A stretch of 61,913 bases of DNA from Clostridia bacterium (GCA_017521005.1 JAFXEC010000052.1:1-61913), one strand, 5' to 3'. Positions 39,459 through 49,883 are shown, counted from the stretch's first letter. Numbers and translations are program-made. Notes: generated from the letters alone by a model not told the origin.

Positions 39459-39738
39459 TTATTATAGTAATAAGTATAAAGTAGAATGGTTACCAAATGG
39501 TGATATAGATGTCTATGATAAAAGCCTTAAACAAGAAGAACATATAGGTTTTGTAATATATTTTAATAAAAATAATAAAGGCTATGCTATAACTTTGGAT
39601 ACGGAAATGATATTTATTCTAAAAAAGAAAAAATATTTGTTTATGAATAAAACATACTGGAAAGAAGTAAATCATATTCATATGGATGAATTTAATGAAG
39701 AGAAAGTTATAGAAATTATAGATGAATATTTGAAGTAG
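39439..39738 (+). CDS. Small soluble hypothetical protein
   Basis: 99-aa ORF overlapping the previous gene by 20 nt. RBS GAAGGA. Confidence 0.4.
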   Translation: MIEKLFNYYSNKYKVEWLPNGDIDVYDKSLKQEEHIGFVIYFNKNNKGYAITLDTEMIFILKKKKYLFMNKTYWKEVNHIHMDEFNEEKVIEIIDEYLK

Positions 39739-39870
39739 ATTATATGTAATTTGCCAATAAATACTACTAGTATATATAAATAAAATGTGATATAATGTAT
39801 GGTGGTTTAACATACATTATATCTTTTTATATATTTGAGAAGAATATATATGTATATATAAGGAGGAACT

Positions 39871-42699
39871 ATGCAAGAAAAACTTACTATTAAAGGTGCA
39901 AGAGAAAATAATCTAAAGAATGTAGATTTAGAAGTGCCAAGAAATACTTTAACTGTATTTACAGGGCTTTCTGGTAGTGGTAAAACATCTTTAGCTTTTG
40001 ATACCATATATGCCGAGGGCCAAAGAAGATATGTAGAAAGTCTTTCTTCTTATGCAAGACAATTCTTAGGTCTTATGGAAAAACCGGATGTAGATAGTAT
40101 AGAAGGATTATCTCCAGCTATCTCTATAGACCAAAAGACTACATCTAAAAACCCTCGTTCTACAGTTGGTACTGTAACAGAGATTTATGATTACCTTCGT
40201 CTTCTTTATGCAAGTATAGGTGTGCCACATTGTCCTAAATGTGGAAAGAAAATATCTATGCAAACAGTAGATCAAATAGTAGATAGCATAATGGAACTTC
40301 CAAAAGGTACTAAGCTTCTTGTAATGGCTCCTGTAATTCGTGGTAAAAAAGGTGAACATGCAAAGGTTATAGAAAACGCTATTAAAGAGGGATATGTAAG
40401 AGCAAGAATTGATGGTAAATTATATGATCTTGCAGAAGAACTTCCAGAAATAGAAAGAACAAAGTCGCATAGCATAGAGATTGTTGTAGATAGATTAGTT
40501 GTTAATGAAGATATGGAAAAACGTCTAGCAGACTCTGTAGAACTTTGTATGAAACAAGCAGACAATCTTGTATTAGTTAAGATAGTAGATGGAGAAGAAA
40601 TGCTATTCTCAGGAAATTATTCTTGTCCAGATTGTAATATATCTATGGAAGAGATAACACCAAGAATGTTTTCGTTTAATACACCATATGGAGCTTGCCC
40701 AAGCTGTACTGGTGTTGGGGAACTTTTAATGGTAGACCCTGAAAGAATAGTTTCAGATGAGAACAAAAAGTTAAGTGATCCTACATTGTTCTATGCTTGG
40801 GGTGGTAATGGAGTAGACTCTGTAACTCTTATGTATATGAGAGGATTATGTAGCCATTATAACATAGATATAGAAACTAAGTTTAATAAAATACCTAAAG
40901 CATTCAAGGATGTCCTTTTATATGGCTCTAAAGGTGAAGTAATTTCTTTCAAACACGAATCTACAAGATTTAGCCGTTCGTTTGAAGGAGAATTTGAAGG
41001 TGTTGTAAACATCATTCAAAGAAGATATCATGAAACAACATCTCTTGGTATGAAAACATATTATGAATCTTTTATGAATACAATACCTTGTGAAGCTTGT
41101 CATGGAACAAGACTTAAAGATACAGTATTAGCTGTTAAAGTTGGAAAACTAAATATACACGAGCTATGCTCATTACCAATACTAGAAATAAAAGAATATA
41201 TAAACAACTTAAAACTAAGCGAAAAGAATAAAATGATTTCTGAACAAATATTAAAAGAACTAAATAATAGATTAGGCTTTTTAATAGATGTAGGATTAGA
41301 TTATTTAACACTTGCAAGAAGTGCAGGAACACTTTCTGGTGGTGAATCTCAAAGAATTAGACTTGCTACTCAAATAGGTTCTGGACTTACAGGAGTATTA
41401 TACATATTAGATGAACCAAGTATTGGTCTTCATCAAAGAGATAATGAGAAGTTACTTGAGTCCTTAAAGAAGATGAGAGATTTAGGTAATACATTAATAG
41501 TTGTAGAACACGATGAAGATACAATGAAAGCAGCAGACTATATAGTAGATATTGGGCCTGGTGCAGGTGTTCATGGCGGTAATGTAGTATTTGCTGGGAC
41601 ACCAGAAGATATTAAGAAATGTGAGAATAGTATAACTGGTAAATATTTAAGTGGAAAGCTCAAAATAGAAGTACCTAAAGAAAGAAGAAAAGGTAATGGA
41701 AAGAAGTTAGAAATAGTTAGGGCTGAAGAGAACAACTTAAAGAAAGTTAATGTAGACATTCCTTTAGGAGTATTAAACTGTGTAACTGGTGTTTCTGGTT
41801 CAGGAAAGAGTTCTTTAGTAAATGAAATACTATATAAATATGTAGCGCACGAGGTAAATAGAGCAAAAACAAAACCAGGTAAAGTGGGGAAAATAACTGG
41901 TCTTGAAAATATAGACAGCATAATTAATATAGACCAATCTCCAATAGGAAGAACACCACGTTCTAATCCTGCAACATATACTGGTATGTTTGATCATATA
42001 CGTGATCTTTTTGCTACTACTAATGAAGCAAAACTTAGAGGATACCAAAAAGGAAGATTTAGCTTTAATGTGCCGGGTGGTAGATGTGAAGCTTGTTCTG
42101 GAGATGGAATAATTAAAATAGAAATGCATTTCTTGCCAGATGTGTATGTACCTTGTGAAGTGTGTCATGGAAAGAGATATAGTCGTGAAACATTAGAAGT
42201 AAAATATAAAGGCAAAAATATAAGTGATGTATTAGATATGACTGTAGAAGAAGCATTAGAGTTCTTTAAGAATGTTACACCAATTAGAAATAAACTAGAA
42301 AGATTAAATGATGTAGGACTTGGATATATTAAACTTGGTCAACCATCAACAACATTATCTGGTGGTGAAGCACAAAGAATTAAACTTGCAACAGAGCTAG
42401 CTAAGCGTTCTACAGGGAAGACATTATACATTCTAGATGAACCAAGTACAGGACTTCATACAGCAGACGTAGATAAATTAATAGGAATAATAAATAGACT
42501 TGTAGATGCTGGAAACACAGCTGTAGTAATAGAGCATAATTTAGATATAATTAAATGTGCAGACCACATTATAGATTTAGGGCCAGAAGGTGGCAATCTA
42601 GGTGGTAATATTGTAGTAACTGGTACACCAGAAGAAGTAGCTAAATGCAAAGAAAGCTATACAGGCAAATTTTTAAAACCAATGTTAGAGAAAAAATAA
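39871..42699 (+). CDS. uvrA: Excinuclease ABC subunit A
   Basis: Two ABC modules (GLSGSGKTS, GVSGSGKSS), zinc-finger CxxC pairs, 942 aa. Confidence 0.97.
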   Translation: MQEKLTIKGARENNLKNVDLEVPRNTLTVFTGLSGSGKTSLAFDTIYAEGQRRYVESLSSYARQFLGLMEKPDVDSIEGLSPAISIDQKTTSKNPRSTVGTVTEIYDYLRLLYASIGVPHCPKCGKKISMQTVDQIVDSIMELPKGTKLLVMAPVIRGKKGEHAKVIENAIKEGYVRARIDGKLYDLAEELPEIERTKSHSIEIVVDRLVVNEDMEKRLADSVELCMKQADNLVLVKIVDGEEMLFSGNYSCPDCNISMEEITPRMFSFNTPYGACPSCTGVGELLMVDPERIVSDENKKLSDPTLFYAWGGNGVDSVTLMYMRGLCSHYNIDIETKFNKIPKAFKDVLLYGSKGEVISFKHESTRFSRSFEGEFEGVVNIIQRRYHETTSLGMKTYYESFMNTIPCEACHGTRLKDTVLAVKVGKLNIHELCSLPILEIKEYINNLKLSEKNKMISEQILKELNNRLGFLIDVGLDYLTLARSAGTLSGGESQRIRLATQIGSGLTGVLYILDEPSIGLHQRDNEKLLESLKKMRDLGNTLIVVEHDEDTMKAADYIVDIGPGAGVHGGNVVFAGTPEDIKKCENSITGKYLSGKLKIEVPKERRKGNGKKLEIVRAEENNLKKVNVDIPLGVLNCVTGVSGSGKSSLVNEILYKYVAHEVNRAKTKPGKVGKITGLENIDSIINIDQSPIGRTPRSNPATYTGMFDHIRDLFATTNEAKLRGYQKGRFSFNVPGGRCEACSGDGIIKIEMHFLPDVYVPCEVCHGKRYSRETLEVKYKGKNISDVLDMTVEEALEFFKNVTPIRNKLERLNDVGLGYIKLGQPSTTLSGGEAQRIKLATELAKRSTGKTLYILDEPSTGLHTADVDKLIGIINRLVDAGNTAVVIEHNLDIIKCADHIIDLGPEGGNLGGNIVVTGTPEEVAKCKESYTGKFLKPMLEKK

Positions 42700-42715
42700 T
42701 ACAATATAATATTAC

Positions 42716-42760
42716 AAAAACATTACAATGACTAACAATCGTTGTAATGTTTTTCTTTTT
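42716..42760 (+). terminator. Rho-independent terminator
   Basis: aaaaacattacaatga / tcgttgtaatgttttt stem followed by a T-run. Confidence 0.75.
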
Positions 42761-42802
42761 GTGATTAAATAAAATAAGTAATTGTATACAAAGGAGAAGT
42801 AT

Positions 42803-44233
42803 ATGGTAAAAAACAAAAAAGGTATATCATTAATAGTATTAGTAATAACAATAATAGTTATGATAATTTTAGCAGCCGCGGTTGTTGTTACATTAAACAA
42901 CAGCGGAATAATAGGTAGAGCAAGCGAGGCGGTAGATGATACGGAATTAAATGATGTTAGACATTTAGCAACTTTAGCGTGGTCTGAAGCATATTTGGAA
43001 GGTCTAGATTTAGAGGATGCTGTATTTGAAGCGCTAGAAAATAATAATGTTAATACGGATAAATACGATATAATCGTTACAGATAAAGGGGTAACTGTAA
43101 ACAAGAAAGATGAGAACGCCGAGAAAGGAACTGTTCCACCAGCAGATTGGCAAGATAGTGTAAGAATTGTAACTGAAGAGGGTGTTCCTATTCCAAAAGG
43201 TTTTGCACGCTCTCCATACGCAACTGAAGATCAAGTGGCAGAAGGAATGGTTATATATGCTTTAACAGAAGATGAAATAAAAGCTGGTAAGAAGACAATT
43301 ACTACTGATGCTAGCCATCAATATTCTTTAGAGAATAGAAATCAATTTGTATGGGTACCAGTAGATAGAGATGCTTTTGTAACAGAATTTGTGAGAAAGA
43401 ATTTTGCTGGTACTAATGTAAATATTTCTAATGAATTAGGCAAGGGATATTGGGAAATAGTGCTAGACGAAAATAATATGCCTGCAGCCCAAAACATGCA
43501 AAATAGCGCGTATATATCAGATATGGTGTATGAAGAAATAACTGCGATGTATGAAAGTGTTAAAAAATATGGAGGTTTCTATATAGGTCGTTATGAGGCA
43601 GGAACAGACACATATGATGAAGTTACATTTTTGTCTAATGGAAGTGCAAAAGTTGCAATGGGTAAATATCCTATAACTAATATAGATTGGGGTAATGGCA
43701 CTATGGCAGATGATAATGGTGGTGCTGTAGCAAAATCTAGAGAGTTATATCCAAAGAGTAATTCATTATATGGAGCAGTTTCTACTTTAACATATGGTGT
43801 GCAATGGGATGCTGCAATATCTAGTTGGGTAAAATTAGAACCAACATTTGATTTCTTTGATCCAAGTAAAGGTATATGGTGGGATACTATTATAACAGCG
43901 TCAGATTTTAATACTAACGCAAAGCAATCAAGAATAGACACAGATGAATGGGCACTAAGAGTTTGGACAGCTGCTGAACCAAGAGTAGCAGATGATGATC
44001 CACAATTATTTAGTACTGGTGCATGTAAAAATTCTATTAATTATAACGTTTATGATATGGGAGGTAATTTGTTTGAATGGACAATGGAAGGAACTTCAAC
44101 ATATCAACGTTCTGTAAGAGGTAGTTATTGGTGGCATTACGTAATGTATGGTGGGGTAAATGATAGAGACGGTGAATCAATGGGACCAGACCCAGTATAT
44201 TTAGGATTTAGACCATCGTTATATATTAAGTAA
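42803..44233 (+). CDS. Pilin-like-handle protein D with C-terminal FGE-sulfatase (SUMF1/DUF323, C-type-lectin fold) domain
   Basis: ATG at 42803 after AAGGAG. N terminus MVKNKKG-ISLIVLVITIIVMIILAAAVVVTLNNSGII. C terminus has YGVQWDAA, YDMGGNLFEWTMEG, RSVRGSYWW and LGFRPSLY. Confidence 0.7.
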   Translation: MVKNKKGISLIVLVITIIVMIILAAAVVVTLNNSGIIGRASEAVDDTELNDVRHLATLAWSEAYLEGLDLEDAVFEALENNNVNTDKYDIIVTDKGVTVNKKDENAEKGTVPPADWQDSVRIVTEEGVPIPKGFARSPYATEDQVAEGMVIYALTEDEIKAGKKTITTDASHQYSLENRNQFVWVPVDRDAFVTEFVRKNFAGTNVNISNELGKGYWEIVLDENNMPAAQNMQNSAYISDMVYEEITAMYESVKKYGGFYIGRYEAGTDTYDEVTFLSNGSAKVAMGKYPITNIDWGNGTMADDNGGAVAKSRELYPKSNSLYGAVSTLTYGVQWDAAISSWVKLEPTFDFFDPSKGIWWDTIITASDFNTNAKQSRIDTDEWALRVWTAAEPRVADDDPQLFSTGACKNSINYNVYDMGGNLFEWTMEGTSTYQRSVRGSYWWHYVMYGGVNDRDGESMGPDPVYLGFRPSLYIK

Positions 44234-44336
44234 TATATAGATATAATAGAAAGAAGATAGCAATATCTTCTTTTTTCTTGTAAAAAAATACGAAATATGA
44301 TAAAATATATTATGTAAATAGTTTTGGAGGTATTTT

Positions 44337-45485
44337 ATGGCAAAGCAACAAAAACAAATGGTGTATTTTAATGCTGTAAGACAAATTGAAACAATAACAA
44401 TTAAATATAACGACAAATTAGACGGAGATTTTGTCGATGATGTTTGTACATATATAAAAGAGGTTTCAAAAAAGATGCCAAGAGTGGATCTTAAGAACCC
44501 AAGAGAGGTGTATACAGTAACTGTTTTTGTATACCCTAGTGTTAAGATGTTCAATCAAATATTTAATGGTGTAATTGAAAAAAGATATTACCAAAGAAGA
44601 CGTTCTTTACAAGATCTTTATGTTGTAAGAGATGAAGGTGGAAATATTCATATAGCTTCTCCTAGAGGTCGTGGTACAGAACAAGCAGAAGCATTTAAGA
44701 GAATACTTGTTATGAATGTTCTTGGCGAATACATGAATGAACAAGATAAACAAACAGCAGATAGAATGTTAAGAGCTTCTATGGTTAAAAAGAAAGAAGA
44801 ACAAGAAATAGAAGAGGTAGAAGAACCTATTGAAGAGGAAGAAATTGAACCTGAAGTAGTTGAAGAGGAAGAAGTTTCTGAAGAAGAAATGGATGAACTT
44901 ATTATGCTAGAAGATGAGATAGCGGATATTGATGCTGAAGAAGGTACTTTAGATGCAGATGTTGAAGATGAAGAAGTACACGAGGTTTCGGAAGACGATA
45001 TGGTTCCTGGAAGTGTAGTTCAAGCAAGACAATGGTTAAGTTTAGGCTGGATGGGATATCTAAGTGGTAGATTAAATGGCGAAAAAGAAGTAAGATATTT
45101 TGCAGAACATATTTCGGCTAATGGTGTAAAGAAATTAGGTAAATTAAAAGATACCGGCTGGTATGAAAGATATAACTATTCTCAAGAGTATTCAATCGCT
45201 ATAGTAGAATACATTGTTTCTACATATGGTGTAAGAACATTCAAAAAATTCTATGAAGATCCAACAGATTATGAACATACATTAGGTATAAGTAAAAGGG
45301 CATTTGAGGCTAGAGTAAAAGCATACATATATGGTAAGTATGGTCCAAATAGAATGAAAGAAGAAGTAGAAGAAAAAGCAGATGAAGATTTAAGCGTTAC
45401 GGAAGTTAGAATAGATAGAAACGGTGGAGCAACAATTACTGAACTACAAATAGAACAAGAACCACCAGTTTTAGAAATAGTATAA
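44337..45485 (+). CDS. Hypothetical protein with a roughly 75-aa poly-acidic insert
   Basis: RBS GGAGGT. The central E/D-rich stretch (EEQEIEEVEEPIEEEEIEPEVVEEEEVSEEE...) splits two globular halves. Confidence 0.45.
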   Translation: MAKQQKQMVYFNAVRQIETITIKYNDKLDGDFVDDVCTYIKEVSKKMPRVDLKNPREVYTVTVFVYPSVKMFNQIFNGVIEKRYYQRRRSLQDLYVVRDEGGNIHIASPRGRGTEQAEAFKRILVMNVLGEYMNEQDKQTADRMLRASMVKKKEEQEIEEVEEPIEEEEIEPEVVEEEEVSEEEMDELIMLEDEIADIDAEEGTLDADVEDEEVHEVSEDDMVPGSVVQARQWLSLGWMGYLSGRLNGEKEVRYFAEHISANGVKKLGKLKDTGWYERYNYSQEYSIAIVEYIVSTYGVRTFKKFYEDPTDYEHTLGISKRAFEARVKAYIYGKYGPNRMKEEVEEKADEDLSVTEVRIDRNGGATITELQIEQEPPVLEIV

Positions 45486-45607
45486 AAATATATACAAGAT
45501 GAACAAAATTAAATTATGAATAACATAAAAAGAGACTAAGCCTCTTTTTATGTTGTCTTCTTACTCTAAACTAGACAAAAGACAAGAAAAGTTGTATAAT
45601 ACTAATT

Positions 45608-45935
45608 GCAAGTATTTCTGACAGTCGCGTAAGCTAGTCTTGCGAGGAAAGTCCGGGCACCTCAAGGTAGTAATGGTAGATAACGTCTACTGGGAGTGAT
45701 CCTAAGGAAAGTGCAACAGAAAATAACCGCCGTAAGGTAAGGGTGAAAAAGTGAGGTAAGAGCTCACTAATTTGTATGGTGACATACGAGTGGTGTAAAC
45801 CCCATTTGGTGCAACACAGATAGAGAAGATTAAGGTTACCTTGCCGCCTTCTTGAAATGTGGCTAGAGGTGTATAGCAATGTACATCCCAGATTAATGGC
45901 TGTCTAAAACAGAACCCGGCTTATGAAATGCTTGC
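45608..45935 (+). ncRNA. rnpB: RNase P RNA
   Basis: GAGGAAAGTCCGGGC near the 5' end and ACAGAACCCGGCTTA near the 3' end. P1 pairing is GCAAGTATTTC / GAAATGCTTGC. Confidence 0.9.
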
Positions 45936-46064
45936 AAATATTTGTTGTATGTTTATACATACAACTTTTTTGTAACCAAAATGTAATAAAAAAAGTGTTG
46001 TAAAATACAAATATATGCGGTAGTATATATTATATACGATTGTATGATATATAGGTGATAACTA

Positions 46065-46538
46065 ATGAAACAAAGAAAAATGACAAAGAAACAACATAAA
46101 GAAAATGTAAGTATAATAACATTTGGAATGGTAGTTTTAGCAGTGGGAATAACTCTTACAGCACTTGTTATGAGTGTGGATAACAGAGTGACATTTCTAA
46201 ACGCTTCTAGAGAAACCAATAACAGCTTAATAATGCCAAATGAAATGGCAAAGAGTGTGGATTTAGAAGTAGCTTCGGCAGTTGCAACAAATGCGGGAAA
46301 TGTCTCATTAAATGTTAAAACAAATTCTACAAATCCAAAAAGCTTTAAAGAGTATAGATATTATATTAAAGAAAGTACAAATGATATATATGTTTTAGAT
46401 GCAATAAAAATAGAAGAACAACATGCATATGCAAAATTAGATCCTAACACTATTTATGATGTTAAGGTTGAAGCGGTAAGTCATAATGGTTCTACAATGA
46501 CATCTATGACATCTGGTGTAACACCAGTATTTGATTAG
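46065..46538 (+). CDS. Membrane-anchored hypothetical protein with FN3-like domain
   Basis: Basic N terminus, one TM helix, beta-rich C-terminal domain (YRYYIKE...YDVKVEAVSHNGS). Confidence 0.45.
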   Translation: MKQRKMTKKQHKENVSIITFGMVVLAVGITLTALVMSVDNRVTFLNASRETNNSLIMPNEMAKSVDLEVASAVATNAGNVSLNVKTNSTNPKSFKEYRYYIKESTNDIYVLDAIKIEEQHAYAKLDPNTIYDVKVEAVSHNGSTMTSMTSGVTPVFD

Positions 46539-46551
46539 TAAAAATATAGCC

Positions 46552-46580
46552 TTGACAACAAAACAAAAAAATAGTATACT
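46552..46580 (+). promoter_or_regulatory. Sigma-A-type promoter of the aspS leader (TTGACA, 17-nt spacer, TATACT)
   Basis: TTGACA at 46552..46557 and TATACT at 46575..46580. Confidence 0.6.
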
Positions 46581-46586
46581 TAATTT

Positions 46587-46818
46587 GTTAAATGCGATGA
46601 CAAGGGAAGAGTAGTAAGTCTACCAAATCAATAGAGAATAACACCTAGGCTGGAAGTGTTAGATTGGAATTTATGAAAGACACCCTATGAGCAGACTTAT
46701 GAAAAGTAAGTACGTGTAATGCACGTTAAAATAAATGAGAAGTAAATAGGGTGGCACCACGAAAGAATATATCTCTCGTCCCTAATATGTGAGAGCATAT
46801 TAGAGGCGAGAGCTTTTT
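46587..46818 (+). promoter_or_regulatory. T-box riboswitch leader with Asp (GAC) specifier
   Basis: Stem I GA motif (gcgatga...gaagag), AGAGA box, candidate specifier GAC at 46679..46681 followed by A. T-box AATAGGGTGGCACCACG at about 46744..46761. Terminator 46773..46812 plus T-run. Confidence 0.85.
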
Positions 46819-46891
46819 TATATCTAATATGTTTAAACATATTAAATATTTATTATAATTTATATATACATATTAAAAGGAGGAAAGAAAA

Positions 46892-48682
46892 ATGTCTGAA
46901 TTAATTACAGGACAAAAAAGAAGTGCAAGATGCACAGAGTTTACTGAAGCCGATGTTGGAAGAGATGTAACAGTTATGGGCTGGGTAGACACAAGAAGAG
47001 ATATGGGTAAAATAATATTCGTTGACCTTCGTGACAGAAGTGGAATAATTCAAGTTGTAATAGACGACAGAGTGTCAGCTGAAGATTTCGAAAAAGCAAG
47101 CCATATTAAAAACGAATACGTTATATCAGTAGAAGGTGTGGTTAATAAAAGAGAAGATTCAAAAGTTAACCCAAAATTAAAAACAGGAACAATAGAAGTT
47201 ATTGCTAAGTCTGTTAGAATACTTTAAGAATGTGATACTCTACCATTCCAAATTGAAGAAGCGGATCAAGTAGGAGATCAAACAAGACTTAAATATAGAT
47301 ATCTAGATTTAAGAAGTAAATCAATGCAAAGAAACTTAAAATTAAAAAGTGATATTTGTCACATTACAAGAAACTTCTTCCATGATGAAGGCTTTATTGA
47401 AGTTGAAACTCCAATGTTAAATAAATCTACACCAGAAGGAGCTCGTGACTACTTAGTACCAAGTAGAGTAAATCCAGGAATGTTTTATGCATTACCTCAA
47501 TCTCCACAATTATTTAAACAAATATTAATGTTATCTGGATATGATAGATATATCCAAATAGCTAGATGTTTTAGAGATGAGGACTTAAGAGCAGATAGAC
47601 AACCAGAATTTACACAAATAGATATGGAATTATCTTTTGTAGACGAAGATGATGTAATCGATGTAAACGAAAGATACTTAAAGAAAATATTTAAAGAAAT
47701 TAAAGGTATAGATATTGAAACTCCATTCATGAGAATGACTTATGATGAAGCTATGAGAAGATTTGGTTCAGATAAACCAGACTTAAGATTTGGCATGGAA
47801 CTTACAGATATGTCAGATATATTTGCTGGTTGTGAATTTAAAGTGTTTGCAGATACTATAGCTAAAGGTGGAAGCGTTAGAACAATAACAGTTCCAGGAG
47901 CAGCAAACTATACTAGAAAACAAATCGATGAGTTAATAGATTTCGTTAAAATATATAAAGCGAAAGGTCTTGCATCGTTTGCTATTGAAAATGGAGAATA
48001 CAAATCTAACATATTAAGATTTATGTCTGAAGATATAATAGCAAAAGTTGTTGAAAGAGCAAACGCTAAAGAAGGCGACCTTGTATTATTCGTAGCAGAT
48101 ACTAACGAAGTTGTATTTGCAGCATTAGGCGCATTAAGATGCGAAATGGCTAAGAGATTAAACTTAATAAATAAAGATGAATACAAATTCTTATGGGTAG
48201 TAGACTTCCCTATGTTTGAATGGGATGAAGAAAATAACAGATGTAAAGCTGTTCACCATCCATTCACATCACCTAAAGATGAAGATTTAGCATTCATGGA
48301 AGAAAGACCATTAGACGTTAAAGCTAAAGCTTACGATATCGTATTAAACGGTACAGAACTTGGTGGAGGAAGTATCAGAATACACTCTAGAGAAGTTCAA
48401 AGAAGAGTATTTAATCTACTTGGATTTACAGATGAACAAGCTCAAGCTAGATTTGGTTTCTTATTAGACGCATTCAAATATGGTGTACCACCTCATGGTG
48501 GATTAGCATATGGTCTAGACAGACTTGTAATGTTAGTACTAGGACTTGATACAATAAGAGATACAATAGCATTCCCTAAAGATAAGAGTGCAAGTTGTCA
48601 AATGTCTGAAGCACCAAATGTTGTTGATGAAAAACAACTTGATGAACTTCATATTAAATTAAACTTACCAGAAGAACAATAA
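46892..48682 (+). pseudogene. aspS: Aspartate--tRNA ligase reading frame interrupted by a single in-frame TAA at 47225..47227
   Basis: ORFs 46892..47227 (OB anticodon-binding domain) and 47324..48682 (class II core: FRDEDLRADRQPEFTQID, GGGSIRIH, GLDRLVM) are in the same frame. 47228..47323 is open and encodes the conserved RLKYRYLDLR. Confidence 0.85.
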
Positions 48683-48716
48683 TACTAAAAAATATATACG
48701 AAAGGAAAAAAGATTT

Positions 48717-49679
48717 ATGAAAATAGCAATATTAGGAGCTGGAGCATTAGCAATTGGATTTGCTAAGGTTTTAGAAGGAAGAGATTTTGACATAATAATG
48801 TGGACAAAATTTGAAGCGGAAAAAGATGAGATTCTAACAACTAGAGTAAATTCTAAGTTATTCCCAGGAATAAGACTTGCGGATGAAGTTAAAATAACAA
48901 CAGATATAGTTGAAGCTGTAAAAGGAGCGGACGTGATACTTAACGTCCTTCCGTTTATAGCAATTAGAGATACAATAGAATTAATAAAAGATTTCTATGA
49001 TGAGAAACAAATAATAATTAGTGCAACTAAAGGTATAGATGAAGAAAACTTTATAACTACAACTAAACTTTTTGAAGAGTATTTAGGAGCAACAAAGATT
49101 TCAGCATTGTCTGGTCCATCGTTTGCAATAGATGTTGCAAAACATACAGAAATTTCTCTTATGTTAGGTACAAAATCTAAAGAGGCAGAAGATATGACTC
49201 GTATGCTGCTTGAAACAGAAGCTATAAAAATGGAAACTACAGAAGATATTGATGGAATACAATTCTGTGGAGCAATAAAAAATGCTATAGCAGTTGGTTC
49301 GGGAATGTTAGCTGGATTAAATGTTGCAGATTCAACTAGAGCAGCATATCTAGCAACAGGAATGACAGATATGGCAAAAGCATTAGTTACTTTAGGCGGA
49401 AAGAAAGAAACAGCATATAGTTATGCTGGAGCAGGAGATCTTATGCTTACATGTATGAGCCCTACAAGCCGTAACTTTACATTTGGATATTATTTGGGTC
49501 AAGGATTAAATGTTGATGAGGCGTTTAAGATGATGAATAATAAAACAGTAGAAGGATACAAAGTAATACGTGCACTTAAGAAATATAGTGGTGAAATGGA
49601 TATACCTTTCTACACAATACCAGTATTATATGATATAGTATTTAATGGTAAGGATGTAAATAACATAAAGAAAGTATAA
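48717..49679 (+). CDS. gpsA: NAD(P)H-dependent glycerol-3-phosphate dehydrogenase
   Basis: N-terminal Rossmann ILGAGA and CGAIKNAIAVGSG motif; about 320 aa. Confidence 0.85.
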   Translation: MKIAILGAGALAIGFAKVLEGRDFDIIMWTKFEAEKDEILTTRVNSKLFPGIRLADEVKITTDIVEAVKGADVILNVLPFIAIRDTIELIKDFYDEKQIIISATKGIDEENFITTTKLFEEYLGATKISALSGPSFAIDVAKHTEISLMLGTKSKEAEDMTRMLLETEAIKMETTEDIDGIQFCGAIKNAIAVGSGMLAGLNVADSTRAAYLATGMTDMAKALVTLGGKKETAYSYAGAGDLMLTCMSPTSRNFTFGYYLGQGLNVDEAFKMMNNKTVEGYKVIRALKKYSGEMDIPFYTIPVLYDIVFNGKDVNNIKKV

Positions 49680-49708
49680 AATGTAAATTATAATATAATT
49701 AATTTATT

Positions 49709-49737
49709 AAAAGCGAGAACGTCTAGTTCTCGCTTTT
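49709..49737 (+). terminator. Rho-independent terminator after gpsA
   Basis: aaaagcgagaac-gtcta-gttctcgctttt. Confidence 0.8.
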
Positions 49738-49778
49738 AACCATTTATCTACAAAACTGATACACTTGTCGACATAAAA

Positions 49779-49807
49779 TTGAAAAAATGCTTGAAATATG
49801 CTATAAT
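49779..49807 (+). promoter_or_regulatory. Sigma-A-type promoter (TTGAAA, 17-nt spacer, TATAAT) for the ABC gene
   Basis: TTGAAA at 49779..49784 and TATAAT at 49802..49807. Confidence 0.55.
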
Positions 49808-49883
49808 AATAATGCAAGAATTTGGTTGACATGGGCGATAAATTGTCTATGTAAATAATAATTAGAAAAGGAGAAATAAAAGG

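Noticed and set aside
42803-45485. Possible diversity-generating retroelement targeting the FGE-sulfatase/C-type-lectin-fold C terminus of protein D.
   Set aside because: No reverse transcriptase gene is present. I found no template-repeat copy of the 3' end of the gene (about 44040..44233) anywhere in the window. The next gene is an unrelated acidic protein.
49787-49858. 23-codon Cys-containing sORF (MLEICYNNNARIWLTWAINCLCK) just upstream of the ABC exporter, as a possible exported peptide.
   Set aside because: It has no Shine-Dalgarno sequence. It starts inside the best promoter candidate (49779..49807), so it would not be on that transcript. Worth a conservation check only.
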